From the NCBI GenBank assembly GCA_040752275.1, contig JBFMFH010000057.1:3895-67894 (forward strand): 64,000 bases of DNA. Reading direction: 5' to 3'. The notes under the pieces are model-generated. The model searched no databases. It had not been told where the DNA came from and was given only the letters and a program-made list of their open reading frames with translations. Both the position numbers and the translations under genes were made by a program. Position 1 is the first letter of the stretch. Every line of letters starts with the position of its first letter. Positions 1-10,059 of the stretch are shown here, in pieces. The stretch is from Acidobacteriota bacterium (GTDB lineage: Bacteria; Acidobacteriota; Vicinamibacteria; Vicinamibacterales; JAKQTR01).

Positions 1-441
1 CGGGATCAGCAGATGGCTGGCGGCCACGAGCGCGTTGACGGTCAGGAGTCCGAGCGCCGGTGGACAATCCACGACCACGTAGTCATAGTCCGCCTCGATT
101 GAAGCAACCCGGTCCTTGAGTCGAAAGTGCGCGTCGATCTCGCCGACCAGCTTCGACTCGAGTTTGGCCAGCGCGATCCGTGCCGGGGCGATCATCAGAT
201 TCGCGACCGGCGAAGCCACCACAACGTCCTGCAAGCCGCAGGCTCCGTCCGCGATCACGTCGTACACGCTTCGCGCGACGTCCTGGACGGCGAGATACGA
301 CATCGTGCTGTTCGCCTGGGGATCCATGTCGACCAGCAGAGTCCGCTTGCCGTGGAGTGCAAGCGCAGCAGCCAGGTTGATGGCGGTGGTGGTCTTGCCC
401 ACTCCGCCTTTTTGGTTGGCGATGGCGAGGATCATCGACAT
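1..441 (-). CDS. ParA/Soj-family partition ATPase (C-terminus cut by window edge)
   Basis: Minus frame from ATG at 441 reads [42 protein letters not shown], with deviant Walker A KGGVGKT. It is open at the window edge, hence absent from the ORF track. Confidence 0.85.
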   Translation of the reverse strand, partial: MSMILAIANQKGGVGKTTTAINLAAALALHGKRTLLVDMDPQANSTMSYLAVQDVARSVYDVIADGACGLQDVVVASPVANLMIAPARIALAKLESKLVGEIDAHFRLKDRVASIEADYDYVVVDCPPALGLLTVNALVAASHLLIP

Positions 442-475
442 CCGGCACACAAGGGGGTGCGCCGGCATTCTACTA

Positions 476-961
476 CTACATCTTGTATTTCCCCAACTCC
501 TCCGGATCCAGACTCTCCAGCCACCGCTGCAGCCGCTCGGTGTCCGGCTTCTCCGTGCTGAAATCGATCGTCTTCGCGCTGTCGATGACGTGCTCTTCGA
601 CGTAGATCGGGGCCTGGGTCCGAAGCGCGAGGGCGATGGCATCGCTGGGCCTCGCATCCACCGCGACGCGCTCTCCCGACACCACCAGATGGATCAGCGC
701 AAAGAACGTGCTGTCGCGAAGGTCCGACACCACGACCTTCTCGACGTCCGCGTTCAAGTCCCGCAGGACGTTGCGCAGCAGATCATGGGTCATTGGCCGG
801 GGCGTGGCGATGTTCTCAATCTGCAGCGCAATCGCGTTGGCCTCGAACACCCCAACCCAGATCGGAAGTACCCGATCACCGTCGGCATCCCGGAGGATCA
901 CAATCGGCATGTTGGTGATGGGATCGACCATCAGCCCCTTGATGACCATTTCGATCTGCAT
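476..961 (-). CDS. Bifunctional nuclease (DUF151/BFN) domain protein
   Basis: ORF 476..1195 trimmed to the internal ATG at 961 ([25 protein letters not shown]...). The upstream part of the ORF is R/G-rich and overlaps the miaB 3' end. Confidence 0.75.
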   Translation of the reverse strand: MQIEMVIKGLMVDPITNMPIVILRDADGDRVLPIWVGVFEANAIALQIENIATPRPMTHDLLRNVLRDLNADVEKVVVSDLRDSTFFALIHLVVSGERVAVDARPSDAIALALRTQAPIYVEEHVIDSAKTIDFSTEKPDTERLQRWLESLDPEELGKYKM

Positions 962-1028
962 CTGCACCCCCGCCGGGCTCGAGTACCGCGCCCGACACTC
1001 AACAACGTAGGAGCCGCAGGGCCTGGTG

Positions 1029-2357
1029 TCAAGCAGGGCCCTCGACCTGCCCCCACAGGCTGTTCGGCCCGGCCCGCTCGATTCGCACCGCCACGAACTG
1101 ACCCAGGAGATCCGCCGACCCGGGGAAGTTAACCACGGTGTTGCCCGTCGTCCGTCCCGACAACTCGGCGTCGCGACGCCGCGACACCCCGTCAACCAGC
1201 ACGGTTGGGCTCGAGCCCACAGCGCGGGCGTGCAGGCGAAGCTGAATGTCCCTCTGCCGTTCCTGCAACTCGACGATCCGACGCGACTTCTCGGTCTCTG
1301 GCACGCTGTCGGTCAGCCGCTTCGCCGCCAGAGTGTTCGGGCGTTCCGAGTACTTGAACGAGAACATCGCGTGAAACCGGACGTGACCGACCAGCGAGAG
1401 AGTGTCCGCGAAGTCGTCTTCGGTCTCGCCCGGGAACCCGACGATCATATCGGTCGACAACTGAATGTCCGGCACCCTGCGCCTCAGCGCGTCCACCAGT
1501 CTGAGGTAGTCGTCGCGCGTGTGCCTCCGGCGCATCGCCTGCAGGATCCGCGTGGACCCGGACTGGACCGGCAGGTGCAGGTGCCGGCAGACGGCAGGCA
1601 GTGTCGCCAGGGCGTCGATCAGCCGAGGCGTCACGTGGCGCGGATGTGGGCTCGCAAAGCGGATGCGCCGGATCCCGGGAATCGCATCGACCGCTTGGAG
1701 CAGACCGGCGAAATCGCAGTCGGGATCGTCCGGAGCCTGGTAGTGATTGACGATCTGCCCGAGCAGGTGGATCTCCCCTCTGCCCGACGCCACCGCCTCC
1801 CGGACCTCGGCCAGGATATCCTGCTTGGGGCGCATGCGTTCGTGGCCGCGGGTGTACGGCACGACGCAGAACGCGCAGTAGTCGTTGCACCCCTCGACAA
1901 TCGTCACCCACGCACGGACCGGATCCGACCGGCGCGCCACCCCGAGCGGGAACGATACGTCCTCATACGGGTTGATGTCGATCTGACGGACGGCATCACG
2001 CCGGGCGGCATCCACGAGCAGCGGCAGCCGCTTGGCCGCCTGCGTCCCGACGACCACGTCCACGAATGGTGACCGGCGGAACAACGCCGCACCTTCCTGT
2101 TGCGCGAGACACCCGGCCACCGCAACCACGGGCGCCGCGCCGGCCACCTCGGCCTCCTCCCTCAACTCGCCAATCCGGGAGAAGACCTTGTCCTCGGCCT
2201 TCTCGCGGACGGTGCAGGTGTTGAGCACGATGACGTCCGCGTCGGACGCGGCGACAGCAGGCTCGTAGCCCGCGGCCTCCAGCAACCCGGCCAGGCGCTC
2301 CGAGTCATGGAAGTTCATCTGGCAGCCGAACGTCTCGATCAGGTAGCGCTTCGCCAT
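1029..2357 (-). CDS. miaB: tRNA-i6A37 methylthiotransferase MiaB
   Basis: ORF 1029..2624 trimmed to MAKRYLIETFGCQMNFHDSE. Radical-SAM motif CNDYCAFCVVP and a TRAM-like C-terminus. Confidence 0.9.
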   Translation of the reverse strand: MAKRYLIETFGCQMNFHDSERLAGLLEAAGYEPAVAASDADVIVLNTCTVREKAEDKVFSRIGELREEAEVAGAAPVVAVAGCLAQQEGAALFRRSPFVDVVVGTQAAKRLPLLVDAARRDAVRQIDINPYEDVSFPLGVARRSDPVRAWVTIVEGCNDYCAFCVVPYTRGHERMRPKQDILAEVREAVASGRGEIHLLGQIVNHYQAPDDPDCDFAGLLQAVDAIPGIRRIRFASPHPRHVTPRLIDALATLPAVCRHLHLPVQSGSTRILQAMRRRHTRDDYLRLVDALRRRVPDIQLSTDMIVGFPGETEDDFADTLSLVGHVRFHAMFSFKYSERPNTLAAKRLTDSVPETEKSRRIVELQERQRDIQLRLHARAVGSSPTVLVDGVSRRRDAELSGRTTGNTVVNFPGSADLLGQFVAVRIERAGPNSLWGQVEGPA

Positions 2358-4042
2358 GGGCTGGACTTTCGCTTTCGCCTTTCGCCTTCGCCTTTCGCCT
2401 CCGCGTCTCTGTTCGCCGCCCGCCTGGCCTCCAGCATTTCCCTCGCGGTCGAAAGCGCGCCAGCGCTGACGACCTCCCCTGCCAGCATTCGGGCCAGCTC
2501 GGCCGCCCGCTCCTCGGCGCCGAGCACGTCCACTGACGTCACCGTCCGCCCACTCCGGATGTGCTTCGTCACCCGGAAGTGGACATGTCCCGACGCGGCG
2601 ATCTGGGGGAGGTGGGTGATGCACACGATCTGGAAGGTGCGGCCGAGGGCCTGTAGTTTCTGGCCCACGATATCGGCGACCCTCCCGCCGATGCCCGCAT
2701 CGACCTCGTCGAAGATGAGCGTCTTCCCTGGCGCGTCGGTCGACGCCAGCGTCTTGAGCGCCAGCATGACCCGCGAGAGCTCGCCGCCGGATGCGACCCT
2801 GGCCAGTGGACGGAGGTCCTCACCCGGGTTGGGCGAGACGAAGAACTGGCCCCGGTCGAATCCACGGGGGGTCCACTGCTCCACCGCTTGCGCCCCATCG
2901 TCGAACCTCACCTCGAAACGGGTTCGCTCCATGGCTAGGGTCCGCAGCTCCGTGACCAGCGCATCCGAGAAGCGAGGGGCAGCATCACGCCGCGCCCTCG
3001 ACAGGCAGGCCGCGCACGCAACGTAGTTCGCAGCCGCGGCCTCCAGGGCCGACGCCACCTCCGCCTTGCGGGCGTCGAGGGAGCCCAAAGCCGCGAGTTC
3101 GAGTCGGCATGCATCCCGCTTCGACAACACGTCACACAGGGCGGGGCCGTACCGGCGCTTGACCCGTTCGAGGCTCGCGAGGCGATCCTCGAGGTCCTGC
3201 AGCCGTTCCGGTGACGCGTCGATGTGCGTCGCGTACTCGCGCAGGCTGGTCGCCAGCTCATCCAGTTGAGCGTCGATAGTCTCCTTCATGTCAAGGAACG
3301 GCGCCAGTCGACCGTCCACCTGCGCGACATCCGCCACGCGCCTCCAGACGCTCGCCAGGCCTGCGATCACCGAGTCATCACGCTCGTAGAGCTGAGCGTA
3401 GGCCTCGTCAGACAACCGCCTGAGCCGCTCGGCATTCCGGAGGACCCGCCGCTCGCGGTCGAGTTCCTCATCCTCCCCCGCTCTCGGCGCGACCCGCTCG
3501 ATCTCCTCGAGCTGGAAGCTCAGGAAGTCCTGCCGAGCCTGGCGGTCCCGGTCCTTGCGCTCCAGGTCCTCGGCCTCCCGCGCCAGTCCGGCCCATTGCT
3601 CGAAGGCGCCAGCCGCCTTCGCGCGGTCCTCGCCGAGGCCGGCGAACTGGTCGAGCAGATCGAGGTGAACGTCCGGATCCAGCAAGACCTGGTGTTCGTG
3701 CTGCCCGTGGAGATCGACCAGCGATCGGCCGAGCTCCTTGAGGGCCGAGGCTGTGACGAGGACGCCGTCGACGAAACCGCGGGAGCGGCCCTGGGCGGAC
3801 ACCTCGCGGCGCACGACGACCTCGCGGCCGTCGTGTTCGAAGACAGCCTGAACTATCGCCGTTTCTTCGCCCGTCCGCACGACGTCCGCCGGGGCGCGAT
3901 CCCCGAGCAGGAGGCCGACCGCGCCGATGACAATCGACTTCCCGGCTCCGGTCTCGCCAGTCACGACGTTGAGTCCTGCTTCGAACGTCACCTCGAGCGA
4001 CTCAATCACCGCGAGGTTCCGGACATTCAGATACCGCAGCAT
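2339..4042 (-). CDS. recN: DNA repair protein RecN
   Basis: MLRYLNVRNLAVIESLEV..GETGAGKSI (Walker A), long coiled-coil middle, GGELSRVMLALK signature. The 3' end overlaps the miaB start by 19 nt. Confidence 0.92.
   Translation of the reverse strand: MLRYLNVRNLAVIESLEVTFEAGLNVVTGETGAGKSIVIGAVGLLLGDRAPADVVRTGEETAIVQAVFEHDGREVVVRREVSAQGRSRGFVDGVLVTASALKELGRSLVDLHGQHEHQVLLDPDVHLDLLDQFAGLGEDRAKAAGAFEQWAGLAREAEDLERKDRDRQARQDFLSFQLEEIERVAPRAGEDEELDRERRVLRNAERLRRLSDEAYAQLYERDDSVIAGLASVWRRVADVAQVDGRLAPFLDMKETIDAQLDELATSLREYATHIDASPERLQDLEDRLASLERVKRRYGPALCDVLSKRDACRLELAALGSLDARKAEVASALEAAAANYVACAACLSRARRDAAPRFSDALVTELRTLAMERTRFEVRFDDGAQAVEQWTPRGFDRGQFFVSPNPGEDLRPLARVASGGELSRVMLALKTLASTDAPGKTLIFDEVDAGIGGRVADIVGQKLQALGRTFQIVCITHLPQIAASGHVHFRVTKHIRSGRTVTSVDVLGAEERAAELARMLAGEVVSAGALSTAREMLEARRAANRDAEAKGEGERRKRKSSPWRSAT
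2367..2399. repeat. Tandem 6-7 nt array TTTCGC(C) x5 (minus strand GGCGAAA-like)
   Basis: Direct reading gives tttcgc tttcgcc tttcgcc ttcgcc tttcgcc. It lies in the recN C-terminal tail codons and ends 10 nt upstream of the miaB ATG. Confidence 0.8.
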
Positions 4043-4095
4043 CGGCGTCCTTCCGAAGGTGCCTGAAATGGCGGAACTCCCATGATATCACGGGT

Positions 4096-4124
4096 TTGAC
4101 AGCACTCGGGTGGCGTGTTACGCT
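4096..4124 (+). promoter_or_regulatory. Putative sigma70 promoter of the tol-pal operon
   Basis: TTGACA (4096-4101), 17-nt spacer, TGtTACGCT extended -10 (4116-4124). Sits in the recN/tolQ divergent spacer. Confidence 0.35.
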
Positions 4125-4212
4125 GACTTGTATACCCGTCGGTTGCGAGTCGCGCCCGGCTTGTCGGGCATCCGGCCCTGCCCGCACGGCTTGTCAGGAG
4201 GGTCTGCGCGGC

Positions 4213-4929
4213 GTGGATTCCTACTCGTTTGCCGGCGGCGGCGTGGTCGATCTCGTCGTCAGATCCGGCCCGGTTGCCCAGTTCGTGCTTCTGCTCCTCG
4301 CGGCCTTCTCGGTCGTGTCGTGGGCCATTATCCTCGCCAAGCTCTGGCAGATTCATCGGGCCAAGGGCCAAACGGACCGGTTTCTGGATATCTTTCGCCG
4401 CAGCTCGAAGTTCTCCGAGGTGCATGCCATCTGCCGGACCTTCGAAGCCAGTCCCCTCGTCGGCATCTTCCAGGCCGGCTACGCCGAGTTGAACACCCAG
4501 CTCAAGCATACTCAGGGCGCCACGCAGAGCAGCAGTCCGGGCGCCTCGTCCGTTCGTCCTACGTTGCGGAGCCTCCCGGCGGTCGATCGCGCGTTGCTCC
4601 GCGCCGCTGCCGTCGAGGTGACGAAGCTCGAGCGACGGCTGTCGGTCCTCGCGACGACTGCGAGCATCACGCCTTTCATCGGGCTGTTCGGAACGGTCTG
4701 GGGGATCATGACGTCGTTCCAGCGAATCGCGACCGTTGGATCGACGAGTCTCGGCGTGGTGGCACCGGGCATCGCGGAGGCGCTCATCGCCACGGCGGCG
4801 GGACTGTTCGCCGCGATTCCCGCCGTGTACTTCTACAACCACTTCGTGGCCGACGTGAAGCGCCTGATCTCGGCCATGGATGACTTCGCGCTCGAGTTCC
4901 TGAACATCTCGGAACGGAACTTCACCTGA
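4213..4929 (+). CDS. tolQ: TolQ (MotA/TolQ/ExbB proton channel)
   Basis: ORF 4096..4929. I prefer the GTG at 4213, preceded by AGGAGG (4196-4201). Three TM segments and family motifs; first gene of a tolQRAB-pal-cpoB array. Confidence 0.85.
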   Translation: MDSYSFAGGGVVDLVVRSGPVAQFVLLLLAAFSVVSWAIILAKLWQIHRAKGQTDRFLDIFRRSSKFSEVHAICRTFEASPLVGIFQAGYAELNTQLKHTQGATQSSSPGASSVRPTLRSLPAVDRALLRAAAVEVTKLERRLSVLATTASITPFIGLFGTVWGIMTSFQRIATVGSTSLGVVAPGIAEALIATAAGLFAAIPAVYFYNHFVADVKRLISAMDDFALEFLNISERNFT

Positions 4930-4957
4930 GGGCCGCCCGTTCCGGAGGCGCGAGACG

Positions 4958-5425
4958 ATGCCGAAGGTCAGCCCGGCCGATGAGGTCGTCAACGGGGGGA
5001 GCGGACGTGCAGGCCGCGTCCGCCGCTTGTCGACCTCGATGGCCGAGATCAACGTGGTCCCGCTCGTCGACGTGATGCTGGTGCTGCTCATCATCTTCAT
5101 GGTGACGGCTCCGATGCTGCAGCGGGGCGTGGACGTCAACCTGCCGGTATCACGCCGAGCCCAGCAGATTGCCGAGGAGCGGGTCTTCATCACCGTACCG
5201 CTCTCCTACCGCAAGGACAAGCGGGTCTGGCTCGGCGAGGAGCGTGTATCGATCGACCTGCTCACCGAGCGCGTGCGGCAGTTGATGGAGGGGAGGGAGT
5301 CTCGCGAAGTGTTCCTGCGGGGAGACGGCGCGATCCAGTTGCAGGAGTTGATCGACGTGATGGACCGGCTCAAGGACGGTGGCGTCGAGCGGGTGGGAAT
5401 CGTCGCGAAGCTGCCTGGGGAGTAG
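4958..5425 (+). CDS. tolR: TolR (ExbD/TolR family)
   Basis: AEINVVPLVDVMLVLLIIFMV TM motif, about 150 aa, positioned after tolQ. Confidence 0.85.
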   Translation: MPKVSPADEVVNGGSGRAGRVRRLSTSMAEINVVPLVDVMLVLLIIFMVTAPMLQRGVDVNLPVSRRAQQIAEERVFITVPLSYRKDKRVWLGEERVSIDLLTERVRQLMEGRESREVFLRGDGAIQLQELIDVMDRLKDGGVERVGIVAKLPGE

Positions 5426-5430
5426 GCGAC

Positions 5431-6198
5431 GTGGAACCCGTCAGCGCGGTACTCGCGGAGCGCGCGGCCGACCGGGGCGGCCTCGGCCGCACGCTGGGGG
5501 TCTCAGTCGGGGCTCACGTCGTGTTCGTTGCCGCCATCATCCTGCTCCCCATCCTCAACGGGTCAGGCGAGGAGGTCGTGCGCCCCGTGATGACCATCTC
5601 GCTCGGCGGCGCGCCTGGCCCGTCCGCCGGCGGTGCCAACATGATGGCCTCGCCGCCTCCCCCAAAGGAGCCTCCAGCCGAGACGCCGCGTCCCGAGCCG
5701 GTGCGGCCGCCCGCGCCGAAGCCACCCGCGATGACGCTGCCGGCGAAGACGACGCGGCCCGCGCGAACGCCCCCGAAGGCGGCGCCGAAGTCCGCTCCCA
5801 GGCCGGCGCCGGCCCCCGCGAAGCCCGCAGCCGAGTCCGGGGCCAGCTTGAATCGCGGGACGGGCTTTGGGGGACTCTCGACGGGCGGGGGCGGCGGCAC
5901 GGGCAGCTACTTGGAGGTGGAGAACTTCTGCTGCCCCGACTACGTCGTGACCATGCTGCAGTTGATTCAGCGCAACTGGAATTCGCGCCAGGAAGTGGCG
6001 GGCCGGGCGCTGGTCATGTTCCGCATTCGGCGCGACGGCCGCATCACCGACATCGAGCTGGAACGTTCGAGCGGGTACGCCGCGTTGGACCTGACGGCCC
6101 AGCGTGCCTTGTTCCTCACCCAGCGGCTGCCTCCGTTGCCGTCCGCGTTTCCGAACGACGAGCTGACGGTGCATCTGCGCTTCGACTATGAACGGTGA
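5431..6198 (+). CDS. tolA: TolA/TonB-family energy transducer
   Basis: N-terminal TM, Pro-rich linker (PPPPKEPPAETPRPEPVRPPAPKPP), TonB_C-like C-terminus. Occupies the tolA position in the cluster. GTG start. Confidence 0.7.
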   Translation: MEPVSAVLAERAADRGGLGRTLGVSVGAHVVFVAAIILLPILNGSGEEVVRPVMTISLGGAPGPSAGGANMMASPPPPKEPPAETPRPEPVRPPAPKPPAMTLPAKTTRPARTPPKAAPKSAPRPAPAPAKPAAESGASLNRGTGFGGLSTGGGGGTGSYLEVENFCCPDYVVTMLQLIQRNWNSRQEVAGRALVMFRIRRDGRITDIELERSSGYAALDLTAQRALFLTQRLPPLPSAFPNDELTVHLRFDYER

Positions 6199-7589
6199 CG
6201 ATGCGTCTACTGATTTCGATTCTCGCCGTCGGCATCGGCTGCGCTGTGGTCGCGTTCCTTGTGGGACCCGGGACTCTCGGGACGGATATCGTCCTCGTCG
6301 CGGCATCGCCGCAGTCCCGCCCGCAGTCTGAACTCAGCCTGAGCATCACCGGTGAGTCCGGCGCGCGCACGCGCTACGCCGTGCCGGACTTCATCGCCAG
6401 GACCAACGAGCCCGATACCCTCGCGGCCGCCAGGGAGATTGGCGAGGTCCTCTGGAACGATCTGGTGTTCGAGCGCGAGTTCTACATGATCCCGCGTGAT
6501 ACCTACAAGTCGATCCCGCCGGCCCGGTCGGCCACCGACGTGCCGTTCGACCGATGGCGCGAGCTAGGCACCGACGGCCTGGTCGTTGGGACGCTCGAGC
6601 GCTCGGGTGCGAATGCCTTCCGCGTGGAGGTACGGCTGTACGATGTGAAGGCCCGGCGCTCGGTGATGGCACGCGAGTATACGGGATCCACGATCAACCC
6701 TCGGCTCTACGCCCACACGGCAGCGGACGAGATTCATCAGCAGCAGCGTGCGCTGCGCGGCGTGGCGCGCACCAAGCTCGCCTTTTCCTCGGATCGCGAC
6801 GGCGAGCGCGTCACCGGAACGATTCAGAACCGGGACGTGAAGGAGATCTACATCGCCGACTACGACGGCGCGAACCAGCGGCGCGTGACGATCTCGCGCA
6901 AGCTGAATCTGTCGCCGGCCTGGTCGCCGGACGGGCGGGCCATTGCGTACACGTCGTACCGCCAGGACTACCCGGACCTCTACCTCTCACTCATCTACCA
7001 GGGGCAGCTCGAGAATCCGACAGGAGGCGACGCGCAGAACTGGCTGCCGGCCTGGTCCCCGGACGGCACGCGCCTCTGCTTCGTCTCGAACCGGGACGGC
7101 AATCCGGAGCTGTACATCATGAATCGGACCGGCTCCGGGCTCCGGCGCCTAACGAACAACCCCGCCATCGATTCGACACCGACCTGGTCGCCGAGCGGCA
7201 CGCAGATCGCGTTCGTATCGAGTCGCTCCGGGTCCCCACAGGTCTACATCGTGGATACCGATGGGCTGAACCTGCGGAAGATCACCTCCGAGTCCTACTG
7301 CGACCGGCCGAGCTGGTCGCCGGCCCCCTTCAACGAGATCGCGTATGCGTCGAGGACCGGCCCGGGGTACGATATCAAGACGTTCGACCTCGCGACGGGC
7401 GAACTCCGCCAGCTGACGTGGGGTGAGGGCAGCAACGAGAGTCCGAGCTACGCCCCGAACGGCCGGCACCTGGCCTTCAGCTCGACGCGGACCGGCAAGC
7501 GGCAGATCTTCACCATCGGGCGTGACGGGAAGGGCGTGCGCCAGATTACGCGAGCGGGCAACAACGCCACGCCGGACTGGTCGCGCTAG
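6195..7589 (+). CDS. tolB: TolB periplasmic beta-propeller
   Basis: Repeated AWSPDG / SWSP blades and a TolB-type N-domain. 4-nt overlap with the tolA stop. Confidence 0.92.
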   Translation: MTMRLLISILAVGIGCAVVAFLVGPGTLGTDIVLVAASPQSRPQSELSLSITGESGARTRYAVPDFIARTNEPDTLAAAREIGEVLWNDLVFEREFYMIPRDTYKSIPPARSATDVPFDRWRELGTDGLVVGTLERSGANAFRVEVRLYDVKARRSVMAREYTGSTINPRLYAHTAADEIHQQQRALRGVARTKLAFSSDRDGERVTGTIQNRDVKEIYIADYDGANQRRVTISRKLNLSPAWSPDGRAIAYTSYRQDYPDLYLSLIYQGQLENPTGGDAQNWLPAWSPDGTRLCFVSNRDGNPELYIMNRTGSGLRRLTNNPAIDSTPTWSPSGTQIAFVSSRSGSPQVYIVDTDGLNLRKITSESYCDRPSWSPAPFNEIAYASRTGPGYDIKTFDLATGELRQLTWGEGSNESPSYAPNGRHLAFSSTRTGKRQIFTIGRDGKGVRQITRAGNNATPDWSR

Positions 7590-7635
7590 CGTCGATGCGT
7601 CACGCGGAACCGAGAAGCAGCAAGGGGGCACGAGC

Positions 7636-8211
7636 ATGAGAGTCCGTTCAGTCTCGCTTATGACCGCTGTGATGGTCGCCATCCTGGTCAGTGCCTGCGC
7701 CAAACCGCAGGTCCCGGTCGCCAAGCCCGTGCCACCGCCGTCGGCCGGGGCGCCCGAGGCGCCTTCCGCACCGTCGCCGAGGCCGACCGCTGTGCCCGAT
7801 CAGCCGGTTGTGGCCGAGCCGACGATGACAGACGACCCGATGGCGACACGGACGATCGACGAGCTGAATCGGGACTCCCCGCTGAAGCCGGCCTTCTTCG
7901 ACTACGACAGCGACGAGTTGACTGCCGAGGCCCGGGGCGTCCTTGACGAGAACGCCGCGATCCTGAAGCGATACTCGAACTGGGCGATCACGATCGAAGG
8001 GCATTGCGACGAGCGGGGAACGGCCGAGTACAACCTGGCGCTTGGCGAGCGCCGCGCGGTGGCGGCGCTGTCCTATCTCGTGTCGCTGGGCGTCGAGCAG
8101 CGACGGGTGCGCACGGTCAGCTACGGGAAGGAATTCCCGTTCGATCCCGGGCACGACGAGTCGGCTTGGGCGCTGAACCGGCGCGCGCATTTCGTGATTA
8201 CGGGCAAGTAG
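7636..8211 (+). CDS. pal: Peptidoglycan-associated lipoprotein Pal
   Basis: ORF 7423..8211 trimmed to MRVRSVSLMTAVMVAILVSAC (lipobox LVSAC). OmpA_C domain (NRRAHFV). Confidence 0.9.
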   Translation: MRVRSVSLMTAVMVAILVSACAKPQVPVAKPVPPPSAGAPEAPSAPSPRPTAVPDQPVVAEPTMTDDPMATRTIDELNRDSPLKPAFFDYDSDELTAEARGVLDENAAILKRYSNWAITIEGHCDERGTAEYNLALGERRAVAALSYLVSLGVEQRRVRTVSYGKEFPFDPGHDESAWALNRRAHFVITGK

Positions 8212-8244
8212 CAGGACCCGGTGTCCGGGCCGGCAGGTGGGACG

Positions 8245-9123
8245 ATGATGATGACACGACGAGCGGGCATTCTGGCGGTCGTGGTGATGCTGTTGGCGAT
8301 CACGCACTCGGCGTCACTCGAGGCCGCCAACAAGGAACACCAGCAGATGATGGCCGACATCCGCATGCTCCAGCAGCAGACGCAGCAGCTGCAGGCGCAG
8401 ATTGTGGCGTTGACGGACGTCCTCAAGGCCGTCACCACGCGGCTGGACGATCAGGCGGGCGTGAGCCGCAAGTCGTTCGCCGATCAGAAACTGCTCGTGG
8501 ACACCGTCGCGACCGAGGTGCGCGTCGTCCGCGAGAAGGTCGATGAAACCAACGTCCGGCTCACGTCCATGTCCCAGGAGGTGGAGGCCATCCGCCTCGG
8601 TCAGGCCGCGCTCGCCGCCCGCACCACCCAGCCGGCCGCGCCCCCGGGAGAGGCGCCGCCTGAGGGTGCCCAGGGCGCCGCGCCACAGCCGCCCCCGACG
8701 CCGCCGCCCTCGCCGATCGCCGCCGGCGAGTCGCCGCAGCGCATGTTCGAACGGGCCCGAGCCGACTACTACGCGGGCCAGTGGAGCCTCGCGATCCTCG
8801 GATTCGACAGCTACATCAAGACGTTCCCGAAGTCCGACCTCGCCGACGACGCGCAGTACTACATCGGGGAGACCCACTACAGCGCCGGGAAGTTCAAGGA
8901 GGCCGTTGCGGCCTACGACGCGCTCATCGCCAACCACCCCTCGAGCAACACCCTGCCCGACACGTACTACAAGCGAGGTCTCGCACTGAACTCGCTCGGC
9001 CAGGTTCCGCAGGCCAAGGCGTCGTTCGAGCACTGCGTGAAGAACTACCCGGACAGTGACGCGGGTCGGCTGGCCCGGCAGGCCCTGGATCGACTGAACA
9101 GGATTGGGCGACAGGGCGCCTAG
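8245..9123 (+). CDS. cpoB: Tol-Pal system protein CpoB/YbgF
   Basis: Signal peptide, Q-rich coiled coil, then TPR C-terminus (YYIGETHYSAGKFKEAVAAYDAL). Positioned after pal. Start could be 8221. Confidence 0.8.
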   Translation: MMMTRRAGILAVVVMLLAITHSASLEAANKEHQQMMADIRMLQQQTQQLQAQIVALTDVLKAVTTRLDDQAGVSRKSFADQKLLVDTVATEVRVVREKVDETNVRLTSMSQEVEAIRLGQAALAARTTQPAAPPGEAPPEGAQGAAPQPPPTPPPSPIAAGESPQRMFERARADYYAGQWSLAILGFDSYIKTFPKSDLADDAQYYIGETHYSAGKFKEAVAAYDALIANHPSSNTLPDTYYKRGLALNSLGQVPQAKASFEHCVKNYPDSDAGRLARQALDRLNRIGRQGA

Positions 9124-9162
9124 TGCACCAGCGCACGACGTGACGGAAAGGACATCCGACGC

Positions 9163-9591
9163 ATGGCATCCAACAGTTACAACCGCCTGATCCTCATCGG
9201 CAACCTGGGGCGCGACGCCGAACTGCGCTACACGCCGAATGGCAAGGCCGTCGCCACCACGAGCCTCGCCATCGACGATCTGTCGAAGAAAGACGACGCC
9301 GGCAAGCCGACGACCGAGTGGTATCGCATCAAGATCTGGGGGAAGCAGGGCGAGACCCTCAAACAGTACCTCGTGAAGGGCAAACAGGTGTACGTGGAGG
9401 GACGGCTGTCGATCCAGACGTGGACCGATCGTGAGGGCCACCACCGGTACACCCCCGAGGTGTCGGTCGATCGGATCCTGCTGCTCGGAGGCGGTGGCAT
9501 GTCGTCGGGTGGCGCCTCGCGCGACATCCAGGTCGCAGACGACACCGACCAGCTCCCCGACGAGACGACGGCAGACGACATCCCCTTCTGA
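9163..9591 (+). CDS. ssb: Single-stranded DNA-binding protein
   Basis: OB-fold N-terminus (LILIGNLGRDAELRYTPNGKAV) and acidic C-terminal tip DDIPF. Confidence 0.92.
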   Translation: MASNSYNRLILIGNLGRDAELRYTPNGKAVATTSLAIDDLSKKDDAGKPTTEWYRIKIWGKQGETLKQYLVKGKQVYVEGRLSIQTWTDREGHHRYTPEVSVDRILLLGGGGMSSGGASRDIQVADDTDQLPDETTADDIPF

Positions 9592-9651
9592 CGATTGCCC
9601 CGGGCGACCGGTGTCGGGCAATGGGCGTCAGACGCAGGTCCAGGGGTGGTC

Positions 9652-9688
9652 AGACCCCGACCCAGGGCTTCAGCCCTGGGCCGGGTCT
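9652..9688. terminator. Hairpin between convergent ssb and cupin genes
   Basis: Perfect 8-bp core CCCAGGGC-ttca-GCCCTGGG (9661-9680) with an imperfect extension. The cupin stop codon lies in the loop. Confidence 0.4.
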
Positions 9689-10059
9689 CTCGGCGTCAGG
9701 CGTCCGTAGCGGTCCTCGAGTCTCACCACGTCGTCGAGCTCAGGCGTCGATACTTCGAAGATGTCGCAGTCATCGATCGCCGTCATGCGGTGCACCGTCC
9801 CGGGCACGACGTGGACCTTGTCGCCGGGCCCCATCTCCACCGTGGCCAGCTCGTCGCCACGCTTGATCTCGAAGCGCAGCCTCCCCTTCCACAGCAGAAT
9901 CGTCTCTTCCTTCTTCACGTGGTACTGCAGGCTGAGCGCGTGCCCGGCGTCGATGTGGAGCACCTTGCCGACGTAGCGGTCGGTCAGCGCCCAGTGCAGC
10001 TCGTATCCCCAGGGCTTGTCGATGCGCTTCACCCCGGTGTCGGTGTCAGGACTCGCCAT
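9670..10059 (-). CDS. Cupin-domain protein (type II PMI-like C-terminal fold)
   Basis: 129 aa; KPWGYELHW...LSLQYHVKKEETILL...GTVHRM cupin motifs. Its start overlaps the ptsI stop by 14 nt. Confidence 0.75.
   Translation of the reverse strand: MASPDTDTGVKRIDKPWGYELHWALTDRYVGKVLHIDAGHALSLQYHVKKEETILLWKGRLRFEIKRGDELATVEMGPGDKVHVVPGTVHRMTAIDDCDIFEVSTPELDDVVRLEDRYGRLTPRDPAQG

Noticed and set aside
4043-4095. Looked for a LexA/SOS box upstream of recN (CTGT-N8-ACAG, GAAC-N4-GTTC, GTTC-N7-GTTC types).
   Set aside because: None of these patterns is present in the recN upstream region, so no claim can be made.
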